DNA of 29,363 nt from a virus (Duplodnaviria > Heunggongvirae > Uroviricota > Caudoviricetes), in the IMG/VR virus record IMGVR_UViG_3300029566_000323; one strand, written 5' to 3'. The translations under genes and the position numbers were made by a program. A model generated the notes under the pieces. That model did not search any database. It had not been told where the DNA came from and was given only the letters and a program-made list of their open reading frames with translations. How positions within the stretch are numbered: the stretch's first letter is position 1; each line of letters opens with the position of its first letter. Shown here piece after piece: positions 23,717-29,363 of this stretch.

Positions 23717-24064
23717 ATGGTGACGAAAACCATCACTGAACAGCGTGCGGAAGTACGTATTTTTGCCGGTAATGATCCGGCTCATACCGCCACAGGCAGC
23801 AGCGGGATTTCTTCCGCAACACCGGCTCTGACGCCCCTGATGCTGGATGAAGCCACCGGGAAACTGGTGGTCTGGGATGGACAGAAAGCCGGTAGTGCGG
23901 TTGGCATACTGGTACTGCCGCTTGAAGGCACAGAGACAGCGCTGACGTATTACAAGTCGGGAACCTTTGCGACGGAGGCAATCCACTGGCCTGAAAGTGT
24001 GGATGAACACAAAAAGGCAAATGCCTTTGCCGGCACAGCCCTGAGTCACGCGGCTCTGCCGTAA
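23717..24064 (+). CDS. D: Head decoration protein D
   Basis: …GNDPAHTATGSSGISSATPALTPLMLDEATGKLVVWDG…ALTYYKSGTFATEAIHWPE…KANAFAGTA… matches lambda gpD. Confidence 0.9.
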   Translation: MVTKTITEQRAEVRIFAGNDPAHTATGSSGISSATPALTPLMLDEATGKLVVWDGQKAGSAVGILVLPLEGTETALTYYKSGTFATEAIHWPESVDEHKKANAFAGTALSHAALP

Positions 24065-24121
24065 CACGTTATCAGGCCACCATGGTGGCCTGACTGATTT
24101 CTGAATGAAAGGAACTGATTT

Positions 24122-25150
24122 ATGGGATTGTTTACGACCCGCCAGTTACTCGGTTATACCGAACAAAAAGTTAAATTCCGTGCGCTATTTCTGGAGCTGT
24201 TTTTCCGCCGTACGGTGAATTTCCACACCGAAGAGGTGATGCTGGACAAAATTACCGGAAAAACGCCGGTGGCGGCCTATGTCTCCCCGATCGTTGAAGG
24301 AAAAGTGCTGCGCCATCGTGGTGGTGAAACCCGCGTGTTGCGTCCGGGCTACGTCAAGCCGAAACACGAATTTAATTACCAGCAGGCGGTTGAGCGCCTT
24401 CCTGGTGAAGATCCATCTCAACTGAATGATCCGGCTTACCGCCGTCTGCGTATCATTACCGATAACCTCAAACAGGAAGAGCACGCCATTGTCCAGGTGG
24501 AAGAAATGCAGGCGGTAAATGCTGTGTTGTATGGCAAATACACCATGGAAGGAGACCAGTTCGAGAAAATTGAGGTCGATTTTGGCAGGTCGACGAAGAA
24601 TAACATCACTCAGGGTAGTGGTAAGGAGTGGTCAAAACAGGATCGTGACACGTTCGATCCTACACATGATATTGACCTCTACTGCGACCAGGCCAGCGGT
24701 CTTGTGAATATTGCCATTATGGACGGTACCGGCTGGCGTCTTCTGAATGGTTTTAAGCTGTTCCGCGAAAAACTGGATACCCGTCGCGGTTCAAATTCTC
24801 AACTCGAAACGGCAGTGAAAGATCTGGGCGCAGTGGTGTCCTTCAAGGGGTATTACGGCGATCTGGCCATTGTGGTGGCGAAAACGTCTTATATAGCAGA
24901 AGACGGTATCGAAAAACGTTATCTTCCAGATGGCATGCTGGTTCTGGGGAATACTGCTGCAGATGGGATCCGTTGTTACGGTGCCATTCAGGATGCTCAG
25001 GCGTTGTCCGAAGGTGTGGTGGCCTCTTCCCGTTATCCGAAACACTGGCTGACGGTAGGGGATCCCGCCCGTGAATTTACCATGACGCAGTCCGCGCCGC
25101 TGATGGTGTTGCCGGACCCGGATGAGTTTGTGGTGGTACAGGTGAAATAA
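24122..25150 (+). CDS. E: Major capsid protein E
   Basis: 342 aa; aligns end to end with lambda gpE (…YVSPIV…PGYVKPKHE…AIVQVEEMQAVNAVLYGKYTMEGD…KLDTRRGSNSQLETAVKDLG…GDPAREFTMTQSAPLMVLPDPDEFVVVQ). Confidence 0.95.
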   Translation: MGLFTTRQLLGYTEQKVKFRALFLELFFRRTVNFHTEEVMLDKITGKTPVAAYVSPIVEGKVLRHRGGETRVLRPGYVKPKHEFNYQQAVERLPGEDPSQLNDPAYRRLRIITDNLKQEEHAIVQVEEMQAVNAVLYGKYTMEGDQFEKIEVDFGRSTKNNITQGSGKEWSKQDRDTFDPTHDIDLYCDQASGLVNIAIMDGTGWRLLNGFKLFREKLDTRRGSNSQLETAVKDLGAVVSFKGYYGDLAIVVAKTSYIAEDGIEKRYLPDGMLVLGNTAADGIRCYGAIQDAQALSEGVVASSRYPKHWLTVGDPAREFTMTQSAPLMVLPDPDEFVVVQVK

Positions 25151-25158
25151 TCCGTGAG

Positions 25159-25187
25159 CGGGGGCGAAATGCCCCCGTGTCTTTTTT
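25159..25187 (+). terminator. Terminator-like hairpin immediately after the major capsid gene
   Basis: CGGGGGC-GAAAT-GCCCCCG stem-loop followed by TGTCTTTTTT. Confidence 0.5.
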
Positions 25188-25201
25188 CACAGGGGGCTGA
25201 T

Positions 25202-25576
25202 ATGGCAACGAAAGAGCAAAATCTGAAACGGCTTGATGAACTGGCCCTGATTCTGGGGCGTGAGCCGGATATATCCGGGAGTGCCGCAGAGATAGCGCAG
25301 CGGGTGGCAGAATGGGAAGAGGAAATGCAGTCATCCGGCGATGATGTACAGGTTATGAATATGGATATCCGGGAGCGGGAAACCGCGGCTCATGATGTTC
25401 GTGAGGAAACATCCGGCGCGTTAACGCGCATCAGAGTTCTGACCTGCCTCCATCTCTGTGGCGTTGATGGTGAAACGGGGGAATCCGTTGAGCTTGCGGA
25501 TGTTGGTCGGGTGATTCTGATTATGTCCTCAGATGCAAAAACACACGTTGATGGTGGAATGGCTGTTTATGCGTGA
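25202..25576 (+). CDS. FI: DNA packaging protein FI-like
   Basis: Position between E and FII; ~124-aa acidic protein starting MATKEQNLKRLDELALILGRE…; AGGGGG RBS before ATG 25202. Confidence 0.75.
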   Translation: MATKEQNLKRLDELALILGREPDISGSAAEIAQRVAEWEEEMQSSGDDVQVMNMDIRERETAAHDVREETSGALTRIRVLTCLHLCGVDGETGESVELADVGRVILIMSSDAKTHVDGGMAVYA

Positions 25577-25922
25577 TTTTCAGAATGCCTTTGATGCCGC
25601 CCTTGCCGGGGTGGACAGTACGATTGTTGAAGTGATGGGGATCCGTGCGCAGTTCACCTCCGGAGCACAACGTGGCGGCGAAGTTCAGGGGGTTTTTGAC
25701 GATCCGGAGTCGCTGGGTTTTGCCGGTGGCGGGGTCCGTATTGAAGGAAGCAGCCCGTCATTATTTGTGCGGACGGATACGGTGCGTGCCGTGCGGCGTG
25801 GTGACACGCTGACCATTAACGGCGAGATGTTCTGGGTGGATCGTGTTTCTCCGGATGACGGGGGAAGCTGTTATCTCTGGCTCAACCGTGGGCAACCACC
25901 CGCTGTTAACCGGCGACGATAA
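25569..25922 (+). CDS. FII: Head-tail joining protein FII
   Basis: …FDAALAGVDSTIVEVMGIRAQFTSGAQRGGEVQGVFDDPE…GVRIEGSSPSLFVRTDTVRAVRRGDTLTINGEMFWVDRVSPDDGGSCYLWLNRGQPPAVNRRR matches lambda gpFII. Confidence 0.9.
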   Translation: MRDFQNAFDAALAGVDSTIVEVMGIRAQFTSGAQRGGEVQGVFDDPESLGFAGGGVRIEGSSPSLFVRTDTVRAVRRGDTLTINGEMFWVDRVSPDDGGSCYLWLNRGQPPAVNRRR

Positions 25923-25937
25923 ACGCAGGGGGAAATT

Positions 25938-26471
25938 ATGGCGATAAAAGGGCTTGATCAGGCGATTGATAATCTGAGCCGGGTTCGTAAAAACGCCATT
26001 CCGGCGGCTTCAGCAATGACGATTAACCGCGTGGCCACAACGGCGATTAATCAGTCTTCATCACAGGTTGCCCGGGAGACAAAGGTACGCCGGAAACTGG
26101 TTAAGGAACGGTCCAGACTGAAACGGGCGACGGTCAGAAATCCGAACGCAAAAATTATCGTTAACCGCGGTGATCTTCCAGTGATTAAGCTGGGGATCAG
26201 GATGCTGGGCCGTCGTCCGAACAGCATACTTAAAGCCGGTCAGCATCGGTATCAGCGGGCATTCATTCAGCGATTAAAAAACGGTCGCTGGCATGTCATG
26301 CAGCGTGTGGCCGGGAAAAACCGTTACCCTATTGATGTGGTGAAAATCCCGATGGCGGCCCCACTGAAACAGGCGTTTGATGAGAATGTTGACCGTATCC
26401 GGCGTGAACGCCTGCCCGGAGAACTGGCATCCGCGCTGAAACAACAACTGAGGATTGCGATAAAACGATGA
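25938..26471 (+). CDS. Z: Tail completion protein Z
   Basis: MAIKGLDQAIDNLSRVRKNAIPAASAMTINRVATTAINQSSSQVARETKVRRKLVKERSRLKRATV… and C-terminal …LKNGRWHVMQRVAGKNRYPIDVVKIPMAAPL… match lambda gpZ. Confidence 0.9.
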   Translation: MAIKGLDQAIDNLSRVRKNAIPAASAMTINRVATTAINQSSSQVARETKVRRKLVKERSRLKRATVRNPNAKIIVNRGDLPVIKLGIRMLGRRPNSILKAGQHRYQRAFIQRLKNGRWHVMQRVAGKNRYPIDVVKIPMAAPLKQAFDENVDRIRRERLPGELASALKQQLRIAIKR

Positions 26472-26863
26472 AACACACTGATATCCGTGCTGCAGTGCTG
26501 GATGCACTCGAGCAGCATGAACACGGGGCGACGCTGTTTGATGGTCGCCCCGTTGTTTTTGACGAAGAGGATTTTCCTGCGATCGCGGTTTATCTGACGG
26601 ATGCAGAGTATACCGGTGAAGAGCTGGATGCAGATACCTGGCGGGCCACACTGCATATTGAGGTGTTTTTACCGGCACAGGTACCGGATTCAGAGCTTGA
26701 TCAGTGGATGGAAAGCCGGATTTATCCGGCGATGACTGCGATCCCGGCACTGGCAGGACTGATTACCACGATGGTTACGCAGGGCTATGAGTATCGTCGT
26801 GATGACGATATGGCGTTATGGAGCTCTGCGGATCTGACTTATTCCATTACATACGAGATGTGA
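26468..26863 (+). CDS. U: Tail terminator protein U
   Basis: 131 aa, [54 protein letters not shown]…[29 protein letters not shown]…[22 protein letters not shown], near-identical to lambda gpU. Confidence 0.95.
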   Translation: MKHTDIRAAVLDALEQHEHGATLFDGRPVVFDEEDFPAIAVYLTDAEYTGEELDADTWRATLHIEVFLPAQVPDSELDQWMESRIYPAMTAIPALAGLITTMVTQGYEYRRDDDMALWSSADLTYSITYEM

Positions 26864-26870
26864 GGACGAT

Positions 26871-27620
26871 ATGGCAACACCAAATCCCCTGGAGCCGGTA
26901 AAAGGTGCCGGTACCACTCTGTGGGTTTACAACGGCAAGGGTGATGCTTATGCAAACCCGTTGTCAGACGCTGACTGGCAGCGACTGGCTAAGGTGAAGG
27001 ATCTGACGCCGGGCGAGATGACGGCAGAATCCTACGATGATAACTACCTGGATGATGAAGACGCAGACTGGACCGCGACCGGGCAGGGGCAGAAATCTGC
27101 AGGTGATACCAGTTTTACGCTGGCCTGGAAACCGGGAGAGGAAGGTCAGAAAGGGCTTATAGGCTGGTTTGAAAGCGGCGATGTCCGGGCCTATAAAATC
27201 CGTTTTCCGAATGGCACGGTGGATGTGTTTCGTGGCTGGGTCAGCAGTATCGGTAAGGCCGTGACGGCGAAAGAAGTGATCACCCGCACGGTGAAAGTCA
27301 CTAACGTGGGTAAACCTTCTGTAGCGGAAGAACGCAGCAAAATTACGCCGGTCAGTGCGATTAAGGTGACGCCGACATCCGGTACGGTGGCAAAAGGGAA
27401 AACAACCACCCTGACCGTTACTGTGGAACCGGAAAATGCAACGGATAAGACATTCAGGGCGATTTCCGCCGATCCATCAAAAGCCACCATTAGCGTGAAA
27501 GATATGACGATTACTGTGACGGGGGTTAAGGATGGAAAAGTCAGCATCCCTGTGATTTCCGGTAATGGTCAGTTTGCTGCGGTGGCTGAAATTACCGTTA
27601 ATAATGTGCCGGGTAGCTAA
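26871..27620 (+). CDS. V: Major tail protein V (with C-terminal Ig-like domain)
   Basis: …[12 protein letters not shown]…[60 protein letters not shown]…[41 protein letters not shown]… matches lambda gpV. Confidence 0.95.
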   Translation: MATPNPLEPVKGAGTTLWVYNGKGDAYANPLSDADWQRLAKVKDLTPGEMTAESYDDNYLDDEDADWTATGQGQKSAGDTSFTLAWKPGEEGQKGLIGWFESGDVRAYKIRFPNGTVDVFRGWVSSIGKAVTAKEVITRTVKVTNVGKPSVAEERSKITPVSAIKVTPTSGTVAKGKTTTLTVTVEPENATDKTFRAISADPSKATISVKDMTITVTGVKDGKVSIPVISGNGQFAAVAEITVNNVPGS

Positions 27621-27638
27621 AGAGCTGAGAGATAAGCG

Positions 27639-28070
27639 ATGTTCCTGAAAACAGAACAATTTGAATATAACGGTGTATCCGTCACGCTTTCTGAGCTGTC
27701 TGCGCTGCAGCGTATTGAGCATCTTGCCCTCCTGAAACGGCGGGCAGAAGAGGCTGAAGCCAGCGGCAACCTGCAGGTGAGTGTGGAAGATCTTGTCAGA
27801 ACCGGCGCGTTTCTGGTGGCGATGTCCCTGTGGCATAACCATCCACAGAAAACGCAGTCACCGTCAATGAATGAGGCCGTGATGAAGATAGAGCAGGAAG
27901 TGCTCACCACCTGGCCTGCTGATGCCATTGCCCGGGCGGAAGACGTGGTGTTGCGTCTGTCCGGGATGATCGAAGCTGTTCGTCCGGATACTGATATTAC
28001 TGAAGTGGCGAAAAATAACACGCTGACTGATGATGATTTTTCTGCGGGAAAGTCTTCGACGGTGAGCTGA
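27639..28070 (+). CDS. G: Tail assembly chaperone G
   Basis: MFLKTEQFEYNGVSVTLSELSALQRIEHLALLKRRAEEAEAS…RTGAFLVAMSLWHNHPQKTQSPSMNEAVMKIEQEVLTTWP… matches lambda gpG; ends SAGKSSTVS* just after the slippery site. Confidence 0.9.
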   Translation: MFLKTEQFEYNGVSVTLSELSALQRIEHLALLKRRAEEAEASGNLQVSVEDLVRTGAFLVAMSLWHNHPQKTQSPSMNEAVMKIEQEVLTTWPADAIARAEDVVLRLSGMIEAVRPDTDITEVAKNNTLTDDDFSAGKSSTVS

Positions 28071-28510
28071 ACTTTGCCCTCAGACTGGCGCGTGAGATGG
28101 GGAGACCCGACTGGCGCGCCATGCTTGCCGGGATGACATCCACCGAATATGCCGACTGGCACCGTTTTTACCGCACGCATTATTTTCAGGATACCCAGCT
28201 GGATATGCATTTTTCCGGGCTGACGTACGCTGTACTCAGCCTGTTTTTTTGCGATCCGGATATGCATCCCTCTGATTTCAGTCTGCTTGTCCCCCGGCAT
28301 GAGGAAGAGCAGGTGGAGAGGCCGGATGAGGACAAAATGCTGATGCAGAAAGCGGCAGGACTTGCCGGAGGCGTCCGGTTCGGTGGGGACGGAGGGGGCG
28401 ATATTTTATCGTCTGCGGATGTGGCGGATGTCATGGTGGATGATGCCGCATTAATGATGGCTTCAGCGGGGATTCCGGGAGGTGTGAGATATGTCCCAGC
28501 CGGTTGGTGA
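27639..28510 (+). CDS. T: Tail assembly protein G-T (frameshift fusion product; T portion 28052-28510)
   Basis: T-frame translation …MGRPDWRAMLAGMTSTEYADWHRFYRTHYFQDTQLDMHFSGLTYAVLSLFFCDPDMHP…MQKAAGLAGGVRFG… matches lambda gpT; no independent start, reached only through the -1 frameshift. Confidence 0.85.
28046..28052 (+). other. Programmed -1 ribosomal frameshift slippery heptamer GGGAAAG (G to G-T fusion)
   Basis: G GGA AAG in the G frame; after a -1 shift the reading continues VFDGELNFALRLAREMGRPDW… into the T frame, as in lambda G-T. Confidence 0.8.
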
Positions 28511-29363
28511 TCTTGTTATTGACCTGAGTCTGGATGCGGTCCGTTTCGATGAGCAGATGAGCCGGGTAAGGCGTCATTTTTCAGGTCTGGATACTGACGC
28601 CAGAAAAACCGCAACTGTCGTTGAGCAGGGGCTGAGCCACCAGGCGCTGGCTGCACAAAAAGCAGGGATTTCCGTCGGGCAGTATAAAGCGGCCATGCGA
28701 ACCCTGCCCGCACAGTTTACGGATATCGCCACGCAGCTTGCCGGTGGTCAGAATCCCTGGCTGATCCTGCTGCAACAGGGCGGTCAGGTGAAGGACTCCT
28801 TCGGCGGGATGATCCCCATGTTCAGGGGGCTTGCCGGTGCGATCACCCTGCCGATGGTCGGGGTCACCTCGCTGGCGGTGGCGACAGGTGCGCTGGTGTA
28901 CGCCTGGTACCAGGGAGATTCCACGCTTTCAGCGTTTAATAAAACCCTGGTTCTTTCCGGTAATCAGTCCGGACTGACTGCCGATCGCATGCTGACGCTC
29001 TCCAGAGCCGGACAGGCCGCAGGGCTGACGTTTAACCAGGCGAGTGAGTCACTGGCAGCCATGGTGAATGCCGGTGTGCGTGGTGGTGAACAGTTTGATG
29101 CCATCAACCAGAGTGTCGCGCGTTTTGCTTCTGCATCCGGTGTGGAGGTGGACAAGGTTGCAGAGGCTTTCGGAAAACTGACCACTGACCCGACGTCGGG
29201 GCTGATTGCGATGGCGAAGCAGTTCCATAACGTGACGGCGGAGCAGATTGCGTATGTTGCTCAGTTGCAGCGTTCCGGCGATGAAACCGGGGCATTGCAG
29301 GCGGCGAACGAGGCCGCAACGAAAGGGTTTGATGACCAGACCCGCCGCCTGAAAGAGAACATG
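28490..29363 (+). CDS. H: Tail tape measure protein H (3' end beyond window)
   Basis: MSQPVGDLVIDLSLDAVRFDEQMSRVRRHFSG…AGISVGQYKAAMRTLPAQFTDIATQLAGGQNPWLILLQQGGQVKDSFGGMIPMFRGLAG… matches the N-terminus of lambda gpH; open to the end of the window. Confidence 0.9.

Overview
This window is one contiguous lambdoid prophage segment from an enterobacterial (E. coli-like) genome, with a Qin-type DicA/DicC immunity region and lambda-order virion genes. Left to right: an early-left operon on the minus strand (dicB truncated at the window start, dicF sRNA, two small genes, repressor dicA); divergent Cro-like dicC; a YdaT-like gene; O-like and P-like replication genes with iteron-type repeats inside the O-like gene; a nin-like block of small genes including a DUF4406-like protein and an HNH endonuclease; an AT-rich islet with a small membrane-protein ORF and a hok-type type I toxin locus interrupted by a 47-nt N run; a DUF968 gene; rusA; a Q-type antiterminator with a tR'-like terminator; a moron hotspot; a pinholin / SAR-endolysin / Rz-Rz1 lysis cassette carrying an inserted 297-aa gene; a TonB-C-like lipoprotein moron; the cos site; then nu1-A-W-B-C/nu3-D-E-FI-FII-Z-U-V-G-T-H (H runs off the window end). 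The unexplained content sits in moron positions: the 297-aa gene between holin and endolysin, the AT-rich opposite-strand gene plus structured noncoding stretch between Q and the holin, the TonB-C lipoprotein after Rz, and the small membrane ORF with flanking direct repeats beside the hok locus. All assignments come from reading the translated ORFs against remembered protein families and lambda/Qin gene order; no database search or folding program was run, so identities and boundaries of small features are approximate.
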